DNA of 64,000 bases, taken from the NCBI GenBank assembly GCA_030248215.1, contig JASANG010002792.1:186001-250000 (forward strand). Reading direction: 5' to 3'. A model generated the notes under the pieces. It saw only the letters and a program-made list of their open reading frames with translations. It searched no databases and had not been told where the DNA came from. The stretch comes from Enoplolaimus lenunculus. Taxonomy: Eukaryota. Position numbers and translations under genes: made by a program. Of the stretch, positions 48,501 to 61,128 are shown one piece after another (positions within the stretch are counted from its first letter, which is position 1; each line of letters opens with the position of its first letter).

Positions 48501-51394
48501 TCAAACTTTCAAGTTTTATTATACTTTTTTATTACTCTTAAACAAAATAGATACGGTTCGTTGACATTCTTTCTAAGAGGACTGTTTAAAGGTAGTTTAT
48601 GCCAGATGTAAAAAATTTCTGTTTTAAACGTATATATGGCACTGTTTTAATTTCGTCATACGTAGAAATGGATTTTTGTCTAAACGGGCTGTACGATGGA
48701 TATATTATTTGTACAAACTTAATTGCAGACTTCAATTATAAATAGTTGAGCGAATGTTGTGAATAGGTGTGAATAGAACACTTGTGCAGGTTTCATTTAG
48801 GAAACATTTACCGGTTATTCTATGAATGTTTGCCAACTAAGAAACTAAACTGGTTATGTTTTTAGAAGCGAGGGACATTTTGTCTGACAAGTCAGAGCTG
48901 GACATTGTTGTGAAAAGTTTTAGATCATATGAAGCAATTGGTACGAACCTCATATTTTTGAAAGTTCGTAATATGTATCCCGACAACGAACACCGTCATT
49001 ATGTGTCAAAATTGTTTTATGCATGATATATGCATAATTTCAGATTAACATACGTATGTATCAAACAAACGAAAAAGCCTGATAATGAAATTAATTAAGG
49101 TTTTACGTTCAGCTGTGTTGAATATGAATTATTGCAACCTTCATAATGATACTGAAGCCATGTAATAAGATTTTCATATAGACTCTAGGGCTTCGCCGCT
49201 AGGGTGGTGGACTTCCTCCGCTTGCACAGTTTTTCCACAATGATTTTTATTCCGATTCACGCCCCCCAATCAAAATATTACCCCGTTTGAGCATTTTTAG
49301 CCTTAAAAATTAACCGATTTTTGAGCGTCACATTTTTTTGTATAATTTTTCAGTTATAATGTAGTGGATAACCGTGTAAAGTGTGTTTGCATACTATATA
49401 CGAGTTACCAGGCATCGTTAAATGGGTTTTTAAAAATAATAAACAGCATTTTTTCGTTAAAATTACCCCACTCAAGATCAGGGATAGACGATCTTGGTGT
49501 CGGCAAGTCTCGGGATTTTGCTGGTCTCGGTCTCAGCCGATTGCAAATCGAGACCAAAGAGGTGAAAAAGCGATTAACAATTGCTATTACCTGAGTCTAG
49601 TTTGAGGTGATGAAAGGATGTAAGTTTTGCTCGTGTTTTAGACTAAATATACATGCGGAACCACTAAAAATTGGGTACTTGTCTACTTCATTCAACACTA
49701 TGACTGTATTAACAAAGTTTCAAGTTCCCTCAAAGCGATTATCTTACTACATTATGATGTGGAAGGTTTAGGTTTACGCTTGAGCTTAGGTGTGGACTAT
49801 GGGGGTGTGGAAGTAAACAAGTAAATAAAATTGCTCAACGCAGCAAAATAAATGAGGTTTTTGCAGAGTTGATAGCCAAGTAATGTTTTTATTAATATTG
49901 GCACTGACGGTCGCATATAATCCGCTTAATTCATTTTCATATGTGCGTGACGTCTGTTATATTTGGAGATGGAGTTAGTTACGTATGTGAAAGTTTTCAA
50001 TCGTTGAGTTTCTGCCATCATTCATTCCTAAGTGGTTAATAGAGTAAAAAATAAATTATGGTGGCGATTTATTACTTTAATTGTATGAATTAAACGGTAA
50101 TTCTGAGCAGATAAAAATATTCAAAACTTTTGTTAAAAAATCTATATATTTTTGGTGACGGTTATTTTTATAGATTTTGTCATAAGAATGCTGGGATATG
50201 TCATTTTCTAGAGTGGGAAGAGGTAATTGTATGTAAAAATGCTGTCGTTTTCAATTTGTAATGTAATGCGTTTGATTTTAGGTCTTGACTATATCTACGA
50301 GCGCGATGTTCCAGAAAAAGACGGTCGAAAGGAATATATTTGCGTGTTGTGCGCGGAAGTAATGGAAAATAAAATGTGTCTTCGTCATATTTTATCTCGA
50401 CAACATGTGTTTCAGTATATAGTAAGTTTCACACATTGTTATTTTCTGAAATAGCGAAATCGTTTGGCTTTCCATAACGTTATGCGTATGTCCGCTCATA
50501 AAACGGATTTGAAGATCTCGTAGCTGCAAATAATTCACTGCAATTCATGCTGGTTAACACACATGCAAGAAGGTTGCAACTGGAATTACAAAATACCGAA
50601 ACTGGAAAGTGAAGAAATACCGGAATCTGTGCCGGAAACAAAAAGTGATAACTACCTGTTACCGGAAGTTTCGCTCTTATAAGCAATAAATAAATCATTA
50701 AATTATTAGCGATGTTGCGCAAATTTTTTTACTATGTGTTGTATGTATCTAGTAGTTCGCTGGGTCAAGACGAAGTGGTTAGAAGCTGGCAACCTGTGGA
50801 AAATGTTTATCGGCGTTGTTTTGCCGATAAAATTTTTGTTTTACAAGGGATTGTGTTTGCTGTGCAAAACAGGTATTCTTAGAGCTAAAAATACTCAGCG
50901 GAATAAATCAGGCTCACACTTTTAGCACACGGAATATCTACCGTCTATGATATTCAATTCCAAACTTTTTTCTTATATCTGTTTGTAAACATTCGATTTA
51001 CGTAATTTGAGTATGAAGTAATGCAAATTGAAGATAAATTTCTAATACTAAAATGTCAGAAAATTCCGATGACAAATTCCGGATTTTATACCGAAACTGG
51101 ATTGTAAGAAATACCGGAACAGGAATTCTGGTTGCACCTGCAAGTGATTTGATTTCATTGCGAACTTTTGGATTTGTGCAAACTGTATTGTTTTGCTTTT
51201 GCAGCATAAACATTTTCCTGAAAAGGTCGAAGAATTGCTGATTGCTCGTGGCAAGTCAACCATTCAGAAAGATATTGATATTGATGAGTTTATGGCCAGT
51301 CATGTGTATGGAAATGCATCCAAGAACGGTAATCGAATTCGCTGTATCAAACAGAAAAAGTCGACTGGTAACAGTGGTAGCGATTTTGCAAACG
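45561..51394 (+). CDS. Uncharacterised C2H2 (matrin/U1-like spacing) zinc-finger protein, 5' exons
   Basis: Exons: 45561-45632, 46920-47009, 48451-48481, 48866-48940, 50282-50421, 51205-51394 (alternative donor at 51367). All are GT-AG and phase-compatible. Splicing creates YLYCDACW...WSHHISQISH and AIGLDYIYE...YICVLC...RHILSRQHVFQYIHKHFPE, i.e. two CxxC...Hx5H fingers. The start codon is uncertain. Confidence 0.72.
45783..46189. mobile_element. hAT-type MITE with (CGGAAT)n subterminal repeats
   Basis: Termini tagggtgca / tgcaccctg; direct repeat GGAATTGAT on both flanks; homologous to 19163-19551. Confidence 0.75.
47080..47957 (+). mobile_element. Helentron/DINE-1-like element, second copy
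   Basis: ggcgaagct ... gtccgtccgtccgtctgtccg ... units of about 174 bp (aaacctccaaa at 47411 and 47585) ... cgagcttcgctcaatacatgta. Truncated copies lie at about 53516-53952, 56590-57022 and 62489-62930. Confidence 0.65.
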
Positions 51395-54300
51395 GTAGGT
51401 GTGGGATTTTATGATACATATTACGTAATAAGTTTTGAAATTTGAGTATTGGAACAAAGTAACTAGCTGGGTGTTATGGTATTTTAAGCATGCGATTTAA
51501 GGCTAATTTTGCAAAATGCCCTAGACGTAAAATGTTTTAAAACGGAAAACCGTACACAATTTGTAAAAGGAATCCTTAACATTCCCTGGTCTACCTGTTA
51601 AAAACTCGAACCCCATAATGTTTTGTGAGCAAAGACAAACCTAATAACATAAGTACTTGCACCCTGATGACACTTTGGTCAGAAAACTAGAATACAACTG
51701 CTAACCAGATCAGCTTGGTTGAAAAGATTTGCCATCTTTGAACAGCACGTATGTCTGGCGTCGCGAAAGGGTTATTTAAGTTATACTGTTAGTGGTTATT
51801 ACTAAATTTGTTTTATTTTTTAAAGGTGACGAAAACTTGTTTGGTGCGCTCGACGCTAGAAACTCAGAAATTGAATTCAAGAACAAGGTTTTTATCGTGT
51901 TATTACAATTCAGGCTTTTATTTATTTTTATTTAGCATTCATTCGGTTTTAATAATACGTTTCTTGGCTAAAGCAGCAAACGAAGCTAGTTTAGTTTTTA
52001 TCACGTTTAACAATGTTTTGTTTCATCGCTTTCTGAAGTCCACTTTGTTAAAAAACATTTTGCTTATCTGCGTTAGTCGTTCGAAGTTGGCGTTCACTCT
52101 GCCTCGGATTCACATACACGCGTAAGTTTACAGGTTTTAATCGGTACCGCAGTTGCCAGCCACGCACGCTTCGTTGTGTTTTGTAGTACGCTTACTTGAT
52201 GATTACGTATTGATTTTTCTAATTCTTTAAATTTGTTTAGGTTAGGAAATCGTTCATTGTTGCTTATATGTTATAATTTAGACGAGGCTCCAGCTGAAAT
52301 TGTTCAAAATGTTGCACGTCGTTGACCGCTGTGAAAGTCTCTCAGAAGTTAACATCTTTGCGTTAGTGTTGCAAAACGTTACTAGATTTCTGCGAATATT
52401 TAGTGTTTATTAGGGCTTAGTTACTACACAAGAAAATCTTCATCCGGTGTCCAGGTTGGACCGGGCTAACTTTTACTCAGCTGGAAAAGCGAGTTCGGTT
52501 TTCGAACTAGCGCTTTCTGCGGTTCGTCAGGCAGACGCTTTTCACGTGCCCTCTTCATCTACTATTATCCGCTATATATGTGACTGTATGCTGTCTGTAA
52601 GCATCTATAATGTGGATTGCATTTATTCGTATCACCAGAAATGTACCGTTCGTCCATGGAGTAGTAGCCCCATGTACTGGCGACCGAAGTCAGCCATTTT
52701 TAACTGTGTAGCTGTAAAAGAGATTACGGGTTTTCACTAGGACCTTCTGCGTATAGCGCGTTACACCGCCACTAGCGCGCTTCTCAACCACTATAGCTCT
52801 ATATATGTCGCCGTACTGCGGAACATACTATCCATGTATTGATATATTCATATGTACCAGGACAAGCACGTCTCACATGCTCATCGGGCTCTTTTACCTA
52901 TTTAATATAGCCGGATATTTATGGCTAAAAAGTATAAGAAAAGACCATGTTATTTAAATATTTCGCAATGAGAAATATAAACAACCGTTGAAATGTACGT
53001 TCTGTGAATATTTATTTGAGTGTCGAATGGCAAATCAACGATTAACACTGAAGGTATAAATAAGCACTACTCTCCGTTGAAGAAAGGGCTTGGCTTGAAT
53101 GGAACCTGCTTCAGCTGTGGACAAAGAAGGTAGCCATGTTATTCTGAACTGAAAATATGTATTTCGTTATAGTTAGGTCTATGTTAGAAAATACTCTTGC
53201 TGTCTGGGAAAATTTTTAACTAAAACTTTTTCAGTTTTTTTCAACCCAACTCAGTCATTTGGTATGCAAATACATAATATAGACGTTTATTGTACATCTT
53301 TGATATATTAGTGGGTTTATGTACGGGAATTGAGTTAAGTGTAGTTTTTGACACAGTTCTCGAAAAATGCCAAAGCTACATAAGGCTTTCGAGCATAGTT
53401 CAGGAAATTTTTTTATTTTTTAACTTCAATTTTGGGCCAGCGAACTTGAATCATATGTACACAATACAGCTTGTAATTCCTAATTGAGAGCTGGGCAGTG
53501 CTACGATTCTGTTGGTTACCAGTCGTAGTGGGACTACATGTATTGAGCGAAGCTCGATTACACTTAAGCAACTAAGCTAATATCAAATTACTTTTCAGCT
53601 AACTATTCAGTTATCGGTTTTGGAGATTTGTGAATAATTTATTTAGATTCCTCGCACCCAAAAAACCTTCAGTAACCCTAAAAATTAGTGAAATATTGCA
53701 AGAAGCCCTAATTTAAACTTATCAAATATGCTGATATGCTAATTAGCTATTAGCTAGCTATTGAATTATCGGTTTTGAAGGTTTGTAGACAATTTGTTTA
53801 GGTTTCTCGTGCCCAAAAACCCTTAATTGCTGAAATTAGATTGCTTTTAACCATAATAATTAGTGAAATATTGTAAAAAGTCCTAATTTAGGATAATCAG
53901 TTATGCTAATATGCAAATTTGCTATTAGTAACAATTCAATTATCGGTTTTAATGATCAGGGGCTATCTATCCTACTGAAACATATATGATTGCGACCGTT
54001 TGATGTGTTCCATCTTTATCCTTGGTTTGAAAATAAGTCGAACTTAACCTTTTGTTATGTTTGTATTTTTAAAAATATATATTTGAACGATGTTTCAGCT
54101 ACAGAAGAAGAAATTTCAACTCTTTAGCGCAAACAAGGAAAATGAAAAAAGACGTAAAATGAGGTTAGCTTTTGTTAATGCGTTTACATTTTTTTAGAAA
54201 TTTTTAAGAGCTGTTTTCGATAACGTTTGGCACATGTGGAGCCTTTACTTGTTATGACGCAAACCTGTTGCCACAAGTTATTTCCCTATCTTGTAGGTAG

Positions 54301-57300
54301 AGACATAAAATATGTGACTACACGTTTGGGTGTTAGTTGTTCTTATTTTTGGTCCATAGCTTTAGGTCGCCAAGGTAAGCTACATGTATATACTCTTATT
54401 CGTTTTGTGAGGCGAGGATTATGGTTGCGGTTCTATTTGTCTGTATTTTTTTATTTATATTTATAGAAACAACAAAAAAAACATAAAAAAAAAAAAAAAT
54501 AAAAAAAAAAACAACAACAATAACAAAAACAAAAAAAACAATAAAAAAAAAAACAATAAAAATAAAAATAAAAAAAACCAAAAAAAAAACAAAAACAACA
54601 ACAAAACACTTTATATATTTTAGAATACAGTAAAAAGTTTATGATTTGTGCTGTCAATGATAAAACTTGTCAGCATTATACTTGCATTTGAAATTTAAGT
54701 ATTGGGTTTGTATTGTGGGATCGTCTGGTTTTGTACTCATACACAACAAATACTGATAGAAAAAGTAACTAAATATATGAGTAATAAATTTACATGTATA
54801 AAAGATGTTCATAATGTATGAGTGGGGTTTCAATTTAGTTATCATGTTGGTATCTAAGCAGATCCCAATGCTTAATGTCATTCAAGGATGGTTTCGCTGC
54901 AAGGTTGATTTCATTCCAACATGTGTTTTACCCCAGCAGTTGGTTTCACCAACGCTTGGTTTCAGCCTATGGTAGGCTTCAACCAGCGGTTCATTTCAAC
55001 CCCCAAGGTGGATTTCACCCAATTGGTTTGACACAAGGCGGGTTTCACGCAATGGTTTAGTTTCTCTCCAACAATTAGTTTCGTACTAATAAGTTAAGCT
55101 ATAAAAATTGGACAAAAATAAGGGTTTTTCACATGCGTCTATCGCTGGCAAATGAACGCGTCGCTATATTTTGTAAAAGCAATACTTTTGCAGTCAGCAT
55201 ATCTAAAATCAAAACTTAAAAATGCAAAAAATGCGAAAAATTTATTAATAATTGCATATAAGAGTATGTATGTACCTTAGCGTGAGCAGTAAAAAGAATA
55301 ATTGGCAAGGTTGATGCGTATGTTCAAGATAAATGGGAATTAAGTCTTGTCAAAATATTCCCATTTCATTGCTATTTCAAATATTGATGTAAAGGCGTGT
55401 TCTTCCAAAGTTGCCGCTAAGCAGCAAGAACTGTGAACATCTTTATTTTAGGATAAATGTAATGGCTCTGCACGATAAATTTTGACATTAAACACGACAT
55501 TACTCGGCAGTTTCAACCAGTGAAAAACAGACCTGCTACTTTAGGTATCACTTGTTTCGATTTTTCTCCACTAGTCTGAGGATTAGACAGATTTGAAGCT
55601 GGTAGTGGTTTCTTTACTTCTGCAGCTAAAACATTACAAAAACGTGGTACATGACAAAAATATCTTCGATGTTAAAAGCTGCTAGGACGGTCTGAGCAAT
55701 TATTACATGAGTTTAAATTATTACGCAGAAAATATTATTTTGTATGTCATCTGGAAATACTATATTCAAAAACAAAGAGGTTTTAGATCGTTTAGAATAA
55801 CACAAAGGTGATGAACGATTGTATCAATTGTTATACCTAAGCGACTATTCAAACCGTGTACCTTTTTTGAGTAATTGTTTTGTTTCATTTATAACTTCAT
55901 CATTTACTCAGATGTAGGTCCTGCCGAAACCACTGGACTAGCAGAGCTGGCCGAAATTGTCTTTTGCATGTTTTCTATAAATATAAATAAAAATAATTAC
56001 AGTACAAATAAGAACCGCAACGATAATCCTTGCGCCTCACAAAACTGAATAAGAGTTATTATTCACATGTATGCTTTTACCTTGGCGACCTAAAGCTATG
56101 TGACCGAAAAATATAGAAGCATACTAACACCCTCAAACGTGTAGTCACGAGATATTTTTATGGTCTCTACTTCTACAAGATAGGTGAAATAACTCTGTGT
56201 GTGCAACAGGTTTGCCGTCATACATCAGCAGTTAAAGGCTCCACATGTTGCCAAACGTTATACGAAAACAGCTGCTCTTAATGTAAATTTCTAAAAAAAA
56301 TTGGTAAACGCATTCAACAAAAGCTCAGACCTGCCATTTTTAGCGTCTGTTGTTTCGATTTTTCTCCGCTTGTCTGTGCGCTAAAGGAGGTTTGGAACCG
56401 ATTTCTTTACTTCTGTAGCTGAAACAGTCGTTTCAAATATAAGATATTTTTTCGAAAAAATACAAACATAACAAAAGCGTTAATGTTTCGGACTGTTATT
56501 TGTTCAAACCAAGGGATAAAGATGGAACACATCAGAACGGTTGCAATCATATATTGTTTCAGTAGGATAGATAGCCCCTGATCATTAAAACCGATAATTG
56601 AATTGTTAACTAATAGCAAATTTGCATATTAGCATAACTGATTATCCTAAATTAGGACTTTTTACAATATTTCACTAATTATTATGGTTAAAAGCAATCT
56701 AATTTCAGCAATTAAGGGTTTTTGGGCACGAGAAACCTAAACAAATTGTCTACAAACCTTCAAAACCGATAATTCAATAGCTAGCTAATAGCTAATTAGC
56801 ATATCAGCATATTTGATAAGTTTAAATTAGGGCTTCTTGCAATATTTCACTAATTTTTAGGGTTACTGAAGGTTTTTTGGGTGCGAGGAATACTAAATAA
56901 ATTATTCACAAATCTCCAAAACTGATAACTGAATAGTTAGCTGAAAAGTAATTTGCATATTAGCTTAGTTGCTTAAGTGTAATCGAGCTTCGCTCAATAC
57001 ATGTAGTCCCACTACGACTGGTAACCAACAGAATCGTAGCACTGCCCAGCTCTCAATTGAGGAATTACAAGCTGTATTGTGTACATATGATTCAAGTTCG
57101 CTGGCCCAAAATTGAAGTTAAAAAATAAAAAAATTTCCTGAACTATGCTCGAAAGCCTTATGTAGCTTTGGCATTTTTCGGAGAACTGTGTCAAAAACTA
57201 CACTTAACTCAATTCCCGTACATAAACCCAGCTAATATATCAAAGATGTACAATAAACGTCTATATTATGTATTTGCATACCAAATGACTGAGTTGGGTT

Positions 57301-58275
57301 AAGAAAAAACTGAAAAAGTTTTAGTTAAAAATTTTCCCAGACAGCAAGAGTTATTTTCTAACATAGACCTTGAATCTATAACGAAATACATATTTTCAGT
57401 TCAGCAATAACATGGCTACCTTCTTTGTCCACAGCTGAAGCAGGTTCCATTTTCAAGCCAAGCCCTTTCTTCAACGGAGAGTAGTGCTTATTTATACCTT
57501 CAGTGTTAATCGTTGATTTGCCATTCGACACTCAAATAAATATTCACAGAACGTACGATTTCAACGGTTGTTTATATTTCTCATTGCGAAATATTTAAAT
57601 AACATGGTCTTTTCTTATACTTTTTAGCCATAAATATCCGGCTATATTAAATAGGTAAAAGAGCCCGATGTAAGCATGTGAGACGTGCTTGTCCTGGTAC
57701 ATATGCAATATATGCAATGCACATGGCATAGTATGCTTACAGACAGCATACAGTCGACATATATAGTAGACTACATTAGTGGTTGGAGAAGCGCGCTAGT
57801 GGCGCCGTGGTAACGCGTCTGCATGACACGCAGAAGGTCGCTAGTTCGAAACCAACCGTAATCCTCTTTTACAGCTACACAGTTAAAAATGGTCTGACGT
57901 TTCGGTTCCGACCCAGACTGACATGGGGCTAGCTACTCCATGGACGCAACGGTACATTGTTCTGGTGCATACGCAATAAATGCAATCCACATTGCATAGT
58001 ATGCTTACAGACAGCATACAGTCGACATATATAGTCGGCCATAATAGTAGATGAAGAGACGGGCTACGTGGCGCAGAACAGCGTCTGCCTGACACGCAAC
58101 ACGCAGAAAGTCGCTAGTTCGACACCAACCGAAACTCGCTTTTCCAGCTGTTCAGTTAAAAGTCTAAGTCCCGGTTCCAACCTGGCCTGACACCGGATGA
58201 AGATTTGTTGCGATTCGACCCTGGTAGCCTGAACTAAGCACCTAATAAACACCTAACATATTCGCAGACAATCAC

Positions 58276-59467
58276 CTGTAGTAACGTTTTGCAACACTGA
58301 ACGCAAAGATGTTAACTTCTGTAGAGCACTTTCGCAGCGGTCAAACGACGTTGCAACATTTTGAACAATTTCAGCTGGAGCCTCGTCTAAATTATAACAT
58401 ATAAGCAACAATGAACGATTTCCTAACCTAAACAAATTTAAAGAATTAGAAAAATCAATACGTAATCATCAAGTAAGCGTACTACAAAACACAACGAAGC
58501 GTGCGTGGCTGGCAACTGCGGTCCCGATTAAAACCTGTAAACTTACGCGTGTATGTGAATCCGAGGCAGAGTGAACGCCAACTTCGAACGACTAACGCAG
58601 ATAAGCAAAATGTTTTTTAACAAAGTGGACTTCAGCCAAAGCGATGAAACAAAACATTGTTAAACGTGATCAAAAACTAAACTAGCTTCGTTTGCTGCTT
58701 TAGCCAAGAAACGTATTATTAAAACCGAATGAATGCTAAATAAAAATAAATAAAAGCCTGAATTGTAATAACACGATAAAAACCTTGTTCTTGAATTGCA
58801 ATTTCTGAGTTTCTAGCGTCGAGCGCACCAAACAAGTTTTCGTCACCTTTAAAAAATAAAACAAATTTAGTAATAACCACTAACAGTATAACTTAAATAA
58901 CCCTTTCGCGACGCCAGACATACGTGCTGTTCAAAGATGGCAAATCTTTTCAACCAAGCTGATCTGGTTAGCAGTTGTATTCTAGTTTTCTGACCAAAGT
59001 GTCATCAGGGTGCAAGTACTTAAGTTATTAGGTTTGTCTTTGCTCACAAAACATTATGGGGTTCGAGTTTTTAACAGGTAGACCAGGGAATGTTAAGGAT
59101 TCCTTTTACAAATTGTGTACGGTTTTCCGTTTTAAAACATTTTACGTCTAGGGCATTTTGCAAAATTAGCCTTAAATCGCATGCTTAAAATACCATAACA
59201 CCCAGCTAGTTACTTTGTTCCAATACTCAAATTTCAAAACTTATTACGTAATATGTATCATAAAATCCCACACCTACCGTTTGCAAAAACGCTACCACTG
59301 TTACCAGTCGACTTTTTCTGTTTGATACAGCGAATTCGATTACCGTTCTTGGATGCATTTCCATACACATGACTGGCCATAAACTCATCAATATCAATAT
59401 CTTTCTGAATGGTTGACTTGCCACGAGCAATCAGCAATTCTTCGACCTTTTCAGGAAAATGTTTATG
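58276..59467 (-). pseudogene. Inverted partial duplicate of zinc-finger gene exons (59467-59278, 58386-58276), lacking the 5' exons; probably artefactual
   Basis: ORFs 59258..59479(-) and 58253..58435(-) are near-identical or identical to 51193..51414(+) and 61080..61262(+). Confidence 0.5.
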
Positions 59468-61128
59468 CTGCAAAAGCAAAACAATACAGTTTGCACAAAT
59501 CCAAAAGTTCGCAATGAAATCAAATCACTTGCAGGTGCAACCAGAATTCCTGTTCCGGTATTTCTTACAATCCAGTTTCGGTATAAAATCCGGAATTTGT
59601 CATCGGAATTTTCTGACATTTTAGTATTAGAAATTTATCTTCAATTTGCATTACTTCATACTCAAATTACGTAAATCGAATGTTTAAAGTAGCCAACCCA
59701 ACCACAAAACACCAAAACAAAACCAAAACAACCAAAACACACACACCAACACCCACAAAAAAACATAGAAAAAATTTGCGCAACATCGCTAATAATTTAA
59801 TGATTTATTTATTGCTTATAAGAGCGAAACTTCCGGAAAAAGGTAGTTATCACTTTTTGTTTCCGGCACAGATTCCGGTAATTCTTCACTTTCCAGTTTC
59901 GGTATTTTGTAATTCCAGTTGCAACCTTCTTGCATGTGTGTTAACCAGCATGAATTGCAGTGAATCATTAGAAGGTAGAATCGAATTCAAATCCGTTTTG
60001 AGCGGAATACGTATAACGCAACAGAAAAGCCAAACGATTTCGCTATTTCAGAAAATCAACAATGTGGAAACTTCTTATACTGAAACAGGTGAGAAAATAT
60101 GACGAAGACACATTTTATTTTCCATTACTTCCGCGCAGAACACGCAAATATATTCCAGTGGTAGCGTCTTTTGCAACACCAAAGCAGACAAAAACCAAAA
60201 AACACAGACAACAACACGGTAGGTGTGGGATTTCCATGCATTCTTATACAATATAATACGAAAATTAGATAAGTTTTGAAATTTGAGTATTGGAACAAAG
60301 CAACTAGCTGGGTGTTATGGTATTTTAAGCATGCGATTTAAGGCTAATTTTGCAAAATGCCCTAGACGTAAAATGTTTTAAAACGGAAAACCGTACACAA
60401 TTTGTTTAAAAGGAATCCTTAACATTCCCTGGTCTACCTGTTAAAAACTCGAACCCCATAATGTTTTGTGAGCAAAGACAAACCTAATAACTTAAGTACT
60501 TGCACCCTGATGACACTTTGGTCAGAAAACTAGAATACAACTGCTAACCAGATCAGCTTGGTTGAAAAGATTTGCCATCTTTGAACAGCACGTATGTCTG
60601 GCGTCGCGAAAGGGTTATTTAAGTTATACTGTTAGTGGTTATTACTAAATTTGTTTTATTTTTTAAAGGTGACGAAAACTTGTTTGGTGCGCTCAACGCT
60701 AGAAACTCAGAAATTGCAATTCAAGAACAAGGTTTTTATCGTGTTATTACAATTCAGGCTTTTATTTATTTTTATTTAGCATTCATTCGGTTTTAATAAT
60801 ACGTTTCTTGGCTAAAGCAGCAAACGAAGCTAGTTTAGTTTTTGATCACGTTTAACAATGTTTTGTTTCATCGCTTTGGCTGAAGTCCACTTTGTTAAAA
60901 AACATTTTGCTTATCTGCGTTAGTCGTTCGAAGTTGGCGTTCACTCTGCCTCGGATTCACATACACGCGTAAGTTTACAGGTTTTAATCGGGACCGCAGT
61001 TGCCAGCCACGCACGCTTCGTTGTGTTTTGTAGTACGCTTACTTGATGATTACGTATTGATTTTTCTAATTCTTTAAATTTGTTTAGGTTAGGAAATCGT
61101 TCATTGTTGCTTATATGTTATAATTTAG

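Noticed and set aside
54396..54657. Phe-rich hydrophobic ORFs resembling membrane peptides
   Set aside because: Translation of an A/C-rich junk tract at an inversion junction.
57791..57864. Functional tRNA-Val gene
   Set aside because: The acceptor and T stems do not pair; treated as a tRNA-derived relic.
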